From NCBI RefSeq assembly GCF_000315625.1, contig NW_005434643.1, forward strand, positions 190,212 to 254,211: 64,000 bases of DNA, in the 5' to 3' direction. The stretch comes from Guillardia theta CCMP2712 (Eukaryota > Protista > Cryptophyta). The position numbers and the translations under genes were made by a program. The stretch's first letter is position 1. Each line of letters starts with the position of its first letter. Below the pieces are notes generated by a model. The model was not told the origin of the DNA and searched no databases. It saw only the letters and a list, made by a program, of their open reading frames with translations. Positions 39,501 through 53,300 of this stretch are shown here, piece by piece.

Positions 39501-39598
39501 TTGACTTTGATGATCTCACCGGATGGGATGATATGACACTTTCTCACACAATCATGAATGTCACTCTCTTGTACTCGATGCTGATTCAAGTTGCTCAT
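36550..39598 (-). CDS. TKL-type protein kinase with C-terminal armadillo-like repeats
   Basis: Exon 1 LGAGSFGE; VALK, HRDLKPQN, DFG, GTVPYMAPE, DVYAF; helical ARM-like tail. Confidence 0.9.
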
Positions 39599-39959
39599 CT
39601 TACTTCAATGGTTTGAAGCCTTTGATCCAAGCATTTTGAGAACCCGCTGCAAACGAACATCAAAAACGATATCATCGGGGACATGTCAACTTTGATTTTG
39701 ATACAAATCTAACTTGCGTACTAAGCTTCACACTGAGAGGCTCAAAAAGTGCCTGGTGATTGAGCTCCATGCTCTACTATGATCTCCCATGCCGCTGAGT
39801 CCACTAGTCCTCGCTCTCATCAACGCGGGCAGCCGCACTGCACTACACTCTACCACTGGCGGCTCTAAATGGCCCAGTGGATCGCAAGCGGTATCATCGC
39901 GGTAGTAACGGTACAGCAGGGGGTGTACCGTAGCCTCTAGCAGCGCCGTCCGATCCTCA

Positions 39960-40860
39960 CTCCGCTGCCTTGTCGCTCTTCCTACTTCCATAATGAGGCG
40001 GGCCGAGTCCGTCCCAGCCCGGGCCCGTTCAACACCAGCCTGCAGTGCGGCCGGGCACACTGTGACAGCCGGGCCCGGCTCGGGCCGCGGGACTGCGAGT
40101 CGGACGGATCGGACTCCACTGGGGCCGCGCGCGCCGGCGACCGTATCGGACGGCCGGGGCCGCCCGGTACGGTCCGATCCTCAGCGGCCGCGGCCTGCGA
40201 TGATCCGATCAGGACGCGGCCGCCGCGCGAGTCAGCGGCTCGGCTACTAGCACTGCGCATGCGGCAGTCCCGATCCGTGACCGGACCGTCACGGCCGCGC
40301 CGGCGTTACTCAGTTATTTTGAAGCGGCTCATAAACAGTCACTCTCACGGCCGCAGTGCCAGTGACTGGCTCGGAGCTGAGCCGGAGTGATGACCCGGCG
40401 TCCGGAGGGATCTGACTGTTGGCCCGGCCGGGCAGACTCAGAGTCAGCGGCGGCCCTGCCGGGGCGGTGGCACCGGGCAGGCCCGGCCCGGCTCAGCGGC
40501 CACTGAGTCGCCCGGCCCAGCCGCCGGGGCGGCCTTCCCGCGGGCCCCGGGCCCGGGCCGGCCCGCGCTATGCGGGAGCCGCAGTACTGCGGCTCGCAAA
40601 CACTGACTTTTAAGCGGTCACTGATCAACCGTGTGATGTCCGATCACCCCCGGGCCCGGCCCCCGGGCACCGTGGCCCGGCCGGGCCGGGACCGTACTCC
40701 GACTCGCCGGGCTTTCAAGTTTCAGTTCGCACTCCGTCACTGCCCGCCGGCTGACCAGCGGCCTGCAGGGCGGCCGCGCCGGGCAATCATCAAGTTGAAA
40801 ATCGTTGGCAAAGTACGGTCACGAGGCACCGTGACACCGTCTGACCGTCACTGTGAACTT
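39960..40860. other. GC-rich intergenic island upstream of the kinase
   Basis: GC/CpG rise, no credible ORF. Confidence 0.65.
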
Positions 40861-42166
40861 CGGAAAGAGCTATTTCAAAGGCCTTAGAACCATCTCAGGG
40901 GAATCTCACAAGCTCGCCTCAGTGCTAGTGGGGTATGAGATCGAGAGGCATCAAACTATGAATAAGATCTTCAGGGCCTCGCAAGGGGTTTCAAGTATGA
41001 CTCTCCTCCTCGTCAGGGGCCGCTGTAAGGGGTCTGGCGATGACCTTGGATGTGAAATAAAGAGATTTCAGTCGATTAATCTTGTCACACCGTTGTAAAT
41101 GAAGTCCTAACTCTGAAAGGCTGCAAGATGAGATGTCAAGCGATGGTGTTATGAGGCACAACCACATGGCCTCCGATTCCTCAGATACCAAGAAGGCGGC
41201 GATTGAGATCACAGAAAGGGCTAATGGAGATTGTTTTTAAGGGATAGCCTCTCTGCCTCTTCTACCGGCTTCCAGTGCAATCGGGATGGTCTGGAAATAT
41301 TTCGATTTGTGCCGAGTGAGGAACCCATGGTCAGATGAAAAGGTAGGGTCCCGAGGCTGAATAGTGGGGGTAGGGGGTGTGAATCAATGGTCGTTGAGTC
41401 AACGTCTGGTGGCAGTGGATAAGAACATCGGTTAATAATCGGGCAGGTACCCTCAAAGGGCTTCTACAAGATGGCACCCCCTCTTCGCATTTCTATCAAC
41501 GGGGTGGGGGTGATCGACAGTTGAGATTCCTTGGTTAGATTTTAGTTTTCTTCTGGAGGGGGTGGGGTAGTCATCGGGCGTTGGCAGGGTAGTGTGAGGC
41601 AGCATGAGCCTTTTGGAGCAAATAAAATGCTGACTGACGTGAGGAGATGACCCCACCCCCCACTCATACAAAGAATCTCTTTACGAGTTACCGGTACCGT
41701 AAAGGGAACCTTACACGATGGGTCTTACAGCCAAACATTCCCACCCACCTTCCCTATTTGTAGCCAGTGACCGGTACCTAAGTTGTACCTGACAAAAGGA
41801 GTCCGAAACTCCATATGACAGCCTCAGCTATTCATATTGTGAGCTCTATTTAATTTCGACTATCCCCGTACCCACATGACTGTTGAGTACCCAGACACAA
41901 GTGCTTCGGTCACAAGGTCACCCACCCCCAAAGCTACAACTTTCGTATACAAGATCAGCTGACACAAATCTGCATCAATCGATGCAAAATCTCAACGTTA
42001 GGCACAATTATTTGTTAGGGTTCCCGTCCCCCGTTCCTTTTATTTCGACATCTCCTTCCAGTCTGTCATCGTATCCGAACAACAGGGAGATCTCGGCAGC
42101 GCTCCTGTACAGCAGGCCAGACTGTGAGACTCAAGCAGGCTGTCTCTCAAGACTTGAAAGATCCGT

Positions 42167-42733
42167 TTGGCTGTTCAAATATCTTCATACAAGATACCTA
42201 CTTCCAGAGCAAAGAGCGTTTTTGATTTCAGACCTTCAAACTCGGAGATGTGCGCTTCTACTCAAAACATGTATTCGCGCAGATACTCATCTCCTGAAGC
42301 GTTGGCAAAGCTCAGCACACGAGAGACGATGATAATGAAGGATGTTGATCTAAGCTCGTCTCCTACGTGCACTTATGATGGATGTCAAGAGTGGGTTTTA
42401 CAAAGGATGTCAAACAGATCCTCATCCGATGTCAAAGTCCGAAGCAGATACTACGATTCTGACCTGGCAAAGATCCCAGTACAACTCTTTGATCCCATCC
42501 CGGAAAACCCTTATCAAGAACAAGCAAGCAATACACACCGCGAGAAAAAAGGGCAACTAGCGAGTGAGAAGTCTATTGGGCGCCTTGGAGAAATTCTATC
42601 AGAAGGAAGCTATGCACCGGTGGAATTGCTCGAACGAAGTCCATTTGGAAGTGCAATTGATGAAATGGGAAATTTTATATCCTCGAGCAGAAATCGAGCT
42701 ACTAGATCTTTTTCCTTCGGGGGCTTTTGCTAG
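42167..42733 (+). CDS. hypothetical protein
   Basis: 188-codon non-repetitive ORF followed by an AT-rich 3' region; no recognised motif and start unclear. Confidence 0.35.
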   Translation: MAVQISSYKIPTSRAKSVFDFRPSNSEMCASTQNMYSRRYSSPEALAKLSTRETMIMKDVDLSSSPTCTYDGCQEWVLQRMSNRSSSDVKVRSRYYDSDLAKIPVQLFDPIPENPYQEQASNTHREKKGQLASEKSIGRLGEILSEGSYAPVELLERSPFGSAIDEMGNFISSSRNRATRSFSFGGFC

Positions 42734-43084
42734 AATTTCATTTTTTTCGGAAGGGGTTGAGCTGGATTTGTACAATAGACACTATTTTCATATCTGTATT
42801 CATTGAATCACATTAAAACATTCTAAATTTTCTCTTATGCTCAGATCCTTTAATGCACGCTCATTATCTTGAGCAAGTAAACCTCGATCTGAATTAAGAC
42901 GACTTAGTCAATGATGTACACCAATTGCAATGCTATGTTCCAAGAAGATCATCGGACTGGAGTATCAGTTTTTCAGGATCTGGTGAAACCTCAGTGATTC
43001 AAGCTTTTGTCCGTGTGTAGAAAAGGCTTCGGGTAACCCAGTTAAGTTCAGTGATTTGGGAATCATTCAATCACCGGAAACCAA

Positions 43085-43810
43085 GGCTTGCCTGAGTTGT
43101 CTAAGTTTGCACGCCGCCAGAGCCGCGCGGCGCGTCAAGCCTCGGAGAGTCCGGGCAGGCCTGTCGACGAACTTAGTGCCGGGCGTCGGAACCGTCTGCT
43201 GACTGAGTTGTCCGGCCGCGGCGCGGCGCTCCACAGAAACTGGGCCCGGCGAAAGCGGCGCCGCCGCGGCTGGCACAGCCTCCGGGACCGTCGTCACGGC
43301 GTAGTCCGGCAGCCGGAGGCCGGGCGGGGAGTCCGAGGCTCATTCTGGCATGATTGATCGGACTAGGCTCGGCCGCCGGACTCCGGGAACTTGCAGTCGG
43401 CGACGGTCAACCGTTCGGTGGCAACCGTCACGCCGGCCGTCACGGCGTTGAACTCGGAACCCGGCGCGTCCCGGCCCCACGGTACCGTACCGTACTAGCC
43501 TAGTACGGTTTTTCACTTCACTTTGAGTAAAGAAGTACGGTACGGTACGCCGCCGGGGTACCGTACCGCCCGGTACGGTACTATCCGATGACTCGATCAC
43601 CGGCGCGGCCGCCCGGCAGCCTGGCACACCGCCGGGCGGCCTCGGAGTCTGCCGCGACTGGCTGAGTGCGCGTTCGCCGGGCCCACCGTCACCGCCGGAC
43701 CGTACGGTAGGCTGAGCCTGAGGCTGCCGCCCGGCCAGGCCCTCTGAGTGGCGCCGCGCGGCCGGGCGGCCCATACAAGTCGTAGGCCCGCACCATGACC
43801 GGGCGTTCAA
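43085..43810. other. GC-rich intergenic island upstream of the Kelch gene
   Basis: GC/CpG rise, CGGTA repeats, CTTTGAGTAAAG at 43521. Confidence 0.65.
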
Positions 43811-44304
43811 GCCAAGTTGATTTGATAGATGGAGAAAAAAGACAGTAACTTCTAGCTAGCAATGACGCTCTGCTTTCAGATCGCTGACTCTGCTGACATA
43901 ACGTGGGAGGAAAAAGCTCTCATCCAATTACGGGAGCAGAGTGACAGCCATTGACTACCCCCCACCCACCCACGCTCAAGAGGGGTAGGTAGTTGCGCCT
44001 CTGCATTTACTCATCCTCATAATGAAGCTCACCCCTCCTTTTCCCATTCCCTGAGGGGTACTGCTCTAATAAAAGTACCCCACCCCTGCTAAACCTCCCT
44101 GGGCCTTGATGGTTGCTTCAGAATGACCACAAGGAGGAGAGCTGTTTGGCAGTGAGAAGCCGGTATGGCAGGAGCATGGCTGCCTATCCTCATGGCTCGG
44201 ACGAGCGATCTTCATACGTCGCTGCCTTCCGCTCCCTTCAAGCGTCAACAAAGTTGATCCATGACCTTGCCGTCAAGTTTCACCTGCTAAGCGGGAGCAG
44301 ACAA

Positions 44305-47300
44305 ATGTCGTCTGCTCGCAAAGGCAGCGGGTTCACGAGGGGCATTGTTTATGCTTTAATGGCCTCATCGTTCCTTGCTTGCGATACGACTCGTGAGTAC
44401 AGCTGCTTTATGTCGCCTCACAGATTCTGATGATGTTGACAGCTGTGCAATGGGAAAACATTCCTCCTGTCGGACAAAGTCCGGCTGCAAGGTATGGTCA
44501 TAGCATGGCTGTGCTGCATAGTGCAGAGGGAACGCCGATCCTGTACGGAGGGTGAGTCTTGATTTCTCTCTCGTTCTATCCTTAAGCGCGTTGTTTGTTT
44601 CAACTTGAACTTTCAATTCGGGGAGCAGCTCCCGAAAGAAGAATGGGGCGGAGGAGATCCTGTGCGATGTGTGGAGGCTGGATTCAGTCGGGAGATTCTG
44701 GAGTGAAGTCAAGCCTAACAGACACAACTCAAGTGTCTGTGCTCTAGACGGAACCGCTCACAAGGATCCTGGCTGCCGAAGTGGACACACGATGATCTCG
44801 GTTGGCCAGGCAGCTCTGATGTGTGGGGGGTACGTGTCGAGAAGCAATGAGAGCTTCTCTTTCTATGATCCTCTGCGCCTTGACTGCTGGCTTCTACATT
44901 TCATTCCGTATCCTTCATGGGAGCAAGTATCGTTCGAGGGCTCGACTCCTGCCGCACGGTGGGGTCACAGCATGTCTTTCGACGAGCGCACGGGGCACGC
45001 ACTATTGTTCGGAGGAGTAGACAGCACAGGCATACATCCCATGGACGACTGCTGGTTTGTTCCCATCACAAGTGCCGCTGCCTCGACCCTCCAGTGGCAA
45101 AGATGTCAGGATGTGACCGGCACTTATCACCCCTCAGCGAGGTTTGGTCACGGGACAGTGTTTCACAGTGACACCCAGTCGTTCTTTGTGTTCGGTGGTT
45201 TTGCTCATCGAGACTCTGCTGTCTTGATGGACAACTCTCTGTGGGCTCTCATTGACTTCGCTGACAAGGCTGACGTGCGTTGGGAAGAAATCTTCCCCAA
45301 CTCAAAGAAGCCCACAGGCAGAGGTTTTCATTCCATGTGGCTTCTGAACTCGCAGTTGTTCATTCACGGAGGTCAGGGATGGGGAGGGCAGGGAACGTCT
45401 TCAGTAAGTTTGAAGTCAGAGAGTGCAGATGCAGTATCCATGACGTTTGCTCCAGGTGTTCTCCGACACTTGGACTTTCGATGTTCACACTCTGCTATGG
45501 TCGAAATTTGGCTCATCTGAATCCGCTCCAGCAACTTCGCACATGCCTGTCAGTGTTGTCTTCTCGTCTGATGCGTACGGCTTTGGTGGTCTTGGAGCAG
45601 AAGGGCAGGAGACGGGCAGGTTGTCCAAGTTTGAAGCTGGATTTGGTTGGACTACAGGTCTTATCCTCTGCTCCCTTCCTGTCTTGATGAACCCCCGCAG
45701 AGTCTGCGGTTGGAAAAAGTCCCCCGGCGAGAACAGGTCACGTCCTCTTCTACGATTCTTTCAATAGGCTCTTTGCCTCTCTTGGTGTCAGTTACGGGCC
45801 TTCTCGCCTCGACGACCTCTGGAGCTTGGACCTCAACGATGGTCGCTGGACTTGCCAGTATGGCGATGATCCCTCGTGCCAGAAGCCTCTGCCCACCCTC
45901 CGACCTCAAGCACGAGCATTCCCTTCCTATGCCTCATCAGGCCTGGTGAAACTTGTGCATGGCGGGGTGCTTCTGAATGACAAACTCTGTACTGCGTATC
46001 CTCTGAGGATCGCCAACGCCGAGATGGTGGATGACTTGTGGCTGTTCGACTCAGTCGCCATGCTGTGGTCTCCGATAGCGCAAACTGCGCAACGACCACA
46101 GGCGAGAGCGTTTAGCTCGATGGTGTCCGTGTCATCCTTGGACGGATATCGTCAGCCTTTCGCAATTGTCGGGGGAGCATCAGCACTGAAATGTGCAGAC
46201 AACCCAAGCTTCTGCGATGTGTTGCAACCAATGAATGACATCTGGCTTCTTGACGCGTACAGCAAGGTTGCTTGCGAAGAAACTGATAGATGATACTGAT
46301 AGATGCTCAGAGTGCTGATGACACCCGCAAGATGGCGAGCTTTGACGGGAAAGATGACGTCATTCAGATCAGTTTACCATCCTGGTAGACCCATTTGATG
46401 AAGGGTGTGGAGCTGACAAGACTTGAAGGTGTGCATCGGCTGCCAGTCTGTCTCTTCTTCATTTCGACTCTTGGATTTGCTTCCACGTGGTAGACTCGTC
46501 GCCTATGATCGTCTTGGAAGCGTACAGCAATGCCCTGCCAGTTTTTCGGTTGTACATCCAGAGAGCGCAAGGAGGGATTTTCGCCTCGCTGCTTCTCCGT
46601 CCGGGAAAGGTAACGCTGATGAAGCTGTTTCCAAGTAACGTTTAAACCAAGGTCGAGACACTTGTCAAGACGTGGGGCCCAATAGAAGATACAATAGTAG
46701 GACGATGGCATCATTTCTGCCTCACCTTACGCTTTGGTCGAATCTTCTCTGCCTTGCATGCGGAGCCAGACGTGGGGGTAGCTCAAGCCTTCCTCTTCAT
46801 CGACGGGCGAAATGTGGGCGAGGCAGGAAGAATGTTCGAGAAGCTCGACATGAAAGCGACTCTCCGCCTGTCCACCGGCATCTCGTCCATCTACATCGGA
46901 GGGTCACGGACGGCCAAGGAGGCTGAAGGGTACAGGAGCTTGCAGGGAGACGTCGACCAGTTCCGACTGTGGTGGCCCTCCTGTCCTCACTCGACCGACC
47001 CCAGCAGGTGCAACCCTTATGCCTTCCTGTACCCGATCCTGCGAGATGGGACCAGAGTTCCTTCCGCTGTCGACCAGACCAGCGGCAAGAGACTGTCTGT
47101 GAGTGAAACCTCCTCCTCTCTTCGCCTCTCTCCGCTCATCCTGTCAACAGGAGGCTGACGTGGAGATGCGCCATGTCGCGTATCCTGTGCAACAGAACAT
47201 GTTCAACACAGTTGTAGCTAGTCCGCATGACAGCGATGTGCTTGTAGACATCAAGTTCGACGATTACACAGCACAGGACGGGAGACACCTCATCAATTCA

Positions 47301-50300
47301 GCCCATGGAGGTCCCTCACTCTGTTCCGGCAGTGATCTCACTGCCTTCTGCGACGGCTGCCCGTTCCAAGAGCGATGCACCTTCGGCAACTGCGGCGACT
47401 TTGACCTTGACTGTGTGCAGCAGGGCATGAAGGACTTAACGCGGCTTGACAAGTACGCACAGGAGGAGGACTGCCAGTGCCTCGACCTCGTCGACTGTCC
47501 CACGACCATCAGGAACTGCAAGTGCCCTCCCAACCTTCACAGGACGTGCAAGCGATGCTATGAGCACGCGAGGATTTGCGAGCCAGGAGGAGAGCTCTGC
47601 TTCGCTGACGGAGACATGAAGTACAACAACTCCTGCTCCTCCATTTCCTGCGCGACCCCGCAGACGATTCACAACCTGTGGTGTCCGGCAGATCTCTGTG
47701 AGGAGTGGGAGTGCTCCTGCTTCGACCCTCTTGCTCTCTCCGGCCTCCATGCTTCCAGCGTGCGGGTTCAAAATGGTGTGGGGATTTGCGACAGCTCCTG
47801 CCCTGCTGGGCTCTGTATCGCAAATAATTCTCAGCTGGCAGCAGCTTCAGGCTTGTCGAATGTGAACTGCTGCGAGCTGATCGAGTTGGAAGTAGCTGGG
47901 GGAGGAGAAATGTGCCGCAGGTGGGAGACGAAGAATGTGTCGGGCAAGGTGAAGAACTTTTGCAAGGACACCTACTTCCTTTACGGGACCTGTGAGATAG
48001 AGCGATGCTGCGTGGCGTGCGAGGTTGTGGCAGGTGTCGTTCCTTCTTCTCCGTCTAGCCAGCAGGGTCTTGTCTGCAGCTTCTCCACAAGTTCCTCGTC
48101 TCAGCTCTCGATGGACTGTAACTTGTCGCAAGAACCCGCGTCTGCCAGTGCCAACACGATTTTCCTCCCACTATCTCATGCGGAGGAGGAGAACACGTCT
48201 CCGTCTCTTCTGCAGCACCTGCAAGACAGTAAGCAGCTCACTAAGCCTGCAAGTTCTGCCTCGGGACCGCAGGAGCTCTCGGAGATGTTGGTGCGGTCAT
48301 GGCGTCATGGACGATCAGGCGAGTGGGCAGGGAGCGAGCGAGACCCTGAGGTGCGCCGGCTGCCGGAGAAGCTCAAGGGAGGAGCGTCTGGTGTGAGCGT
48401 GAGAGACACGTGCGGACAAGGCTTCGAGTGGTTTCCCCTCCTGGGCTGCGTCTGCAAGAATCGCGTCCCTTTCTCCTTCACGGCGTCAGAGACGAGCAGC
48501 GTCCAAGGCGAGCTCAACACGCTCACCTTCCGAGTCACCTTCCTCGTCGACGTCACCAACTTTGACCTGCCAGCCGTCAAGGTGGAGAGAAACAGCAGCG
48601 GGACGGGGGAGGGCGGCGTCCTCGTCCTCGTGCTGGAGGGGCTCACAGGAACGCTGACAGCGGACACGGAGGAGCTGCCAGTCAGCTGCGCAGCTTCCGG
48701 CCCGACCCTCTGCCGTTGGAACAACCAGGACGCTGACTGCAACTCCCTGCCCTGCAGCGGAGTCCAGGCGAGCTTGTCGGCTTCTGCTGGGGCCGGGCTG
48801 GGCTCGTGGCGAAGAGACGTGGGGACACTCACGGTGGTTGTCACGAAGGACATCTGGAGCTCTAGAGCTGACCCGCGGCCCTTCCTCGAGCTGAGCTTCA
48901 CGGTGCGCAACCCTCCTGTCTCTCGTGCTCCTGTGCTCCCCCTCCTCTCCATCTGCGGAGTCCAGCACGCCATCTCCGACAGCTCCGGCCTTCTCAGCTC
49001 CAGCAAGTGGATCATCCTCGGGTCTGCAGCCGTCGAGCTCATCAAGGAGGATGAGACAGGAAGCAACTGCAGCGTCGCGTCCGTCCGCTCTGTCGGCTCT
49101 CAGAGCAACGCGATCAGCGTCCTCCTCCTCGAGTCTTCCAGCAGCAGCGCCAGCTCCTTCACCTCTCGCCTGCCACAGGGGACGGAGGTGGTGACGCCAA
49201 CCAAGTCGCTGATAGAGACTGTGATGCAACAAGGAGCCGACAGCTCGCTTCTCCTCACCGTCTTCGTCAACTCCACGGCAAGAGATCGGCAGGGCGGCTG
49301 CATCCAAGACTCTCGCAACACTCTCCGCGTCTGCCTCCGCGGCGTCACCTTTCTCGCTCAGTTCTCCTCCTCCTCGGCCCTCTGGCTCAACACAACCGCC
49401 AAAGAGCTTCGGGCAGGGAGCAACGAGAGCTTGCAGTCCCTTGAGAGCTCCTCCTCCCTTCTGACGGCTCTCTCCTCTCCCCCTTGCTGCTTGTTGAACG
49501 GCGTAGCAAAGTCCTGCGGAGACAAAGTGTGTAAGCCAGTGCATGGAGGTACGCTTGTGCTGCTGGGACAGGATACCTTCACGAGGATGCCCGCAGTTCA
49601 GCTCTCCTCGCGTCCTCTGCTGTCTTCGCTCTCTGACCTCTCCAGCTATCTCACTGCTCCTCCTCCCTACCAGCCCAGGAAAGGCTGGCGGCAATTATGC
49701 GCTGATGGCGCTCAATCCTGCACCTCGAGGACTAAGAAATCCAACTGGTTCCCCGTCAGGTTTGGACATGCGGTTGCCATGCTGGACGAGTCGAAGATGC
49801 TCGTGTACGGGGGAGTAGGATGTGGAGCATGGGGGGGCGGGGGAGAGATCTGCTCCTCCCTCTCTCCTCTCAACGACCTATGGGAGTTTGACTTGCGCAA
49901 GTTCTTCTCCGGCCTCCCTCCCATGACTGCCATCGCCATGTCACCACAGCTCAGCGGCCTCTCGTTCTTCACCCTGCTCATCTTCAAGGTGTCAGAGATC
50001 AACGTGGTCGTCTACGGGGGGGAAGAGAGCAGCTTGCTTCCTCTCCAAGTGCTTCTTGGCGTCAACCCCGCAGCCAATAACCGCTCCTTCCTCACCAGAG
50101 AATTCTCGCTGCAATCTAGGGCGGCCAAGCTTCACCTCTCCAACACTTTCCCTACCAGCAGCGGGTCAGCAGCTGCTTGTAACTCTACGCATGTCTTCAT
50201 GTTCGGAGGACTCGTCAAGAATTCTCTCACCAGCTCTGTGCTCATCTCTTCCCTTTCCTCGCTGCTTCCTGAAACTTCAACTTCTATCCTCCCCGTCATC

Positions 50301-53300
50301 GCTGACAGCCCCACCCCGCGAGCCTTCGCTGGCGTCCTCTCAGTGGATGCGGCGGTGCTGGTCATGTACGGGGGCGAGCAGGACAGGAAGGGGCTGCACC
50401 AGCTTTGGCAGCTCGACCTCACCTCGCAAACATGGCGCATGCTTGGGCTGACCTCGTCCAACTCCTCCTTCGGCCCCAGGCTGTTGTCGGCGATGTCCTT
50501 GTTCAAGCTCCAGGCCTCCTCCTCTCACGCCTTCATCGTTCACGGCGGGATCAAGACCTCGTACGAGGATGGCAAGACGTTCATGTCAGGTGAGGGACAG
50601 GAACATCAGCCCACGAGCGACGCGATGCTGTTTGTTGAGACCTCGGAGCAATCCTACAGCGTCACCAGGTTGCGACTTGACATGACCGGACGACAACCTG
50701 CAGCTCGATGCTTGCACTCCATGCTGACCGGCCGATTCGTCTCCTCGAGCAACGACCTGGTGCTGCTCGGAGGAGTGAACAGGGAGGGGAAGGCAATGGC
50801 AGACATGTGGTACATCGAGAGCAGCGAGCAGAGGAGGTTCGCCAAGCTTGTCTTCGTCCTCGACCAGCTGAGCCCAACGACGCTGCTGGGAGCTCAGACC
50901 GACTTGCTGATGCTCATCAACACGTGCGCCACAGTCAGAGCCCCGGCCGTCACCTCGTCAGACCTCAGGGTCCAGCTGAGAGGGAGTACGTCAACTGAAG
51001 TCCAGCTGGAGGTGGAGGAGGGTCAGCTTCTGTGTCTGCTGCAGGCGTGGAGAGACGGAGAGGGGTGGAGGGAGTCTGTCGCAGCTCTCGAGCGATCCCT
51101 CGCAAGACCCTCATGGCTCCGCAACGCCTCTTGGTCCCCCGTCAACGGCAGGGCCTCCGAATTTGACGCGCAGGCTCTCAACGGCTACATCGCGTACGGG
51201 CTGACAGGCCTGGGCGTCAATGCCTACGAGTTTGACGTGAAGGTGTCATGCGAGCGATCGAACATGTCGGCAAGTGAGTGAGAGGCTGACGGCTGCTCGT
51301 TTCAGTCTTGTGCTGCCTGCTCTGACCCCTCACTCTGCTGCCTGCTCTGACCCCTCACTCTGCTGCCTGCTCTGACCCCTCACTCTGCCGCCTGCTCTGA
51401 CCCCTCACTCTGCCGCTTGCTCTGACCCCTCACTCTGCCGCCTGCTCTGACCCCTCACTCTGCTGCCTGCTCTGACCCCTCACTCTGCCGCCTGCTCTGA
51501 CCCCTCACTCTGCCGCCTGCTCTGACCCCTCACTCTGCCGCCTGCTCTGACCCCTCACTCTGCCGCCTGCTCTGACCCCTCACTCTGCTGCCTGCTCTGA
51601 CCCCTCACTCTGCCGCCTGCTCTGACCCCTCACTCTGCTGCCTGCTCTGACCCCTCACTCTGCCGCCTGCTCTGACCCCTCACTCTGCCGCCTGCTCTGA
51701 CCCCTCACTCTGCCGCTTGCTCTGACCCCTCACTCTGCCGCTTGCTCTGACCCCTCACTCTGCCGCCTGCTCTGACCCCTCACTCTGCCGCCTGCTTTCA
51801 CTCCTTCACCCTACAGGATGCCTGCGAGGCGTTTGCCAACAACGCAATCAGAGTGGAGGAGCAAGTCCGACCGTTTACTGCGGCAACGTCTCCTCTCCCT
51901 CTGCCTGCCCTCAAGGGCTCGTCTGCTCTCTGCCGCGACCTCGGCATGGGCATCAGTCGGTTGCTCTGGCGATGGACGACAAGGTTTGAGCCTGGAGAGG
52001 GCGAGGAGCGGAGCTGACGGGCCTGCAGGATGTCTTGCTGACGTTCGGAGGTCAGGAGTCAGACCTCGTCACGAGTCAAGGATGGAAGTTGAGCAACGCG
52101 GTGACCTCAGTCTCCTTCAGCTACAACGATGCCACCTCAGTCAACCTCTTGACGTCCTGCGACCTTGACTTGACCTGCCCGCCGCCAAGGAGAGACGCAA
52201 CCGTTCGCATCATGGACAGCGAGGGGGGAGCGAACGGCAAGCTCCTCGTCTTCGGTGGGATGGGATGTCAGAGCCAAGAGTGCGGGCAGTCAGGGTTCCA
52301 AGACTTTCTTGCTGGTCGTTCCTCCTCTTCTGCCGTCCTCTACGACGATCTATGGTGCTGCTGCTGCCTCTCCCACGAGTTATACCTGACAAGCCCCAAG
52401 GTACCTCGACCTCCAAGACCTCACCATGGAGTGTGTCACCACAGGAGATTGCCGGGCGTTCTTGCCATGGACGAAGGTGAGGAGAGGACGGAGAGGATGC
52501 GGAAGAGAGCGATGCTACTCTAGAGTTTTCACACAAACCTGCCAGGTGGAGGTGGCAGGGAGCAAACCTGCGGCTAGGTTTGCCGGCGGAGGGATCGTCG
52601 ACACATCTGACAACGAGCTGTACTTATTTGTGAGTAAGGGAGGTGCTTATGAGAACAAGGAGAGAAATGCAGGAGGTTGGCGAGTGTCTGAGTAGGAGGC
52701 GAGTGTGAGGATGGGGATGAAGAGGAAGGAGGAGGAGGAGGAGGGGGAGGAGAAGGAACTGATGGGTATCAGGGAGGAGTAACTTACGAGGGCTCTACCT
52801 TCCGCGAGCTCTCGGACCTCAACGAGTTCGCTCTTGCCGATCCCTTCTACAAGTTCTGCAGTGCGACCGGACAAGGACTGACAGGAGCCGTTGCTGGCGT
52901 CACCTCAAAGATTTTCCTTCAGTGCCAGGTTGATCTTCTTTCCTCCTCTCTCTTGTCTTCTCCCTCCTTTTTAAAGCATTTGTTGTCGTCTCATCCTTCC
53001 TCTCCTCTCATAGGACAGCTTCCGACGCCCAGCTGACGGCGCGAGGTTCCGCGTGGAGCTTGTGAGTGCTGGATCTCCCTCCCTTACTATCTCCCCTGTC
53101 GGGCTCGGGCAGGGGATGTACGAGGGGTCCTATACACCAGTGAAGTCGGGGTCGTATTTGCTCAAAATCTACGTGGGGAGAGGAGGCGTGCAGCATCAGA
53201 ACCTGATCGAGGGCTACGACAAGAATCCCTCCAACAGCATCCATGAGTTCGAGCTCCTCGGCAACCGCAGCAACCAGAACCCCTTCTCCCTCCTCGTGGC

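Noticed and set aside
40860-41300. Possible transposon remnant
   Set aside because: No transposase, RT or integrase motif recognised in the frames I read
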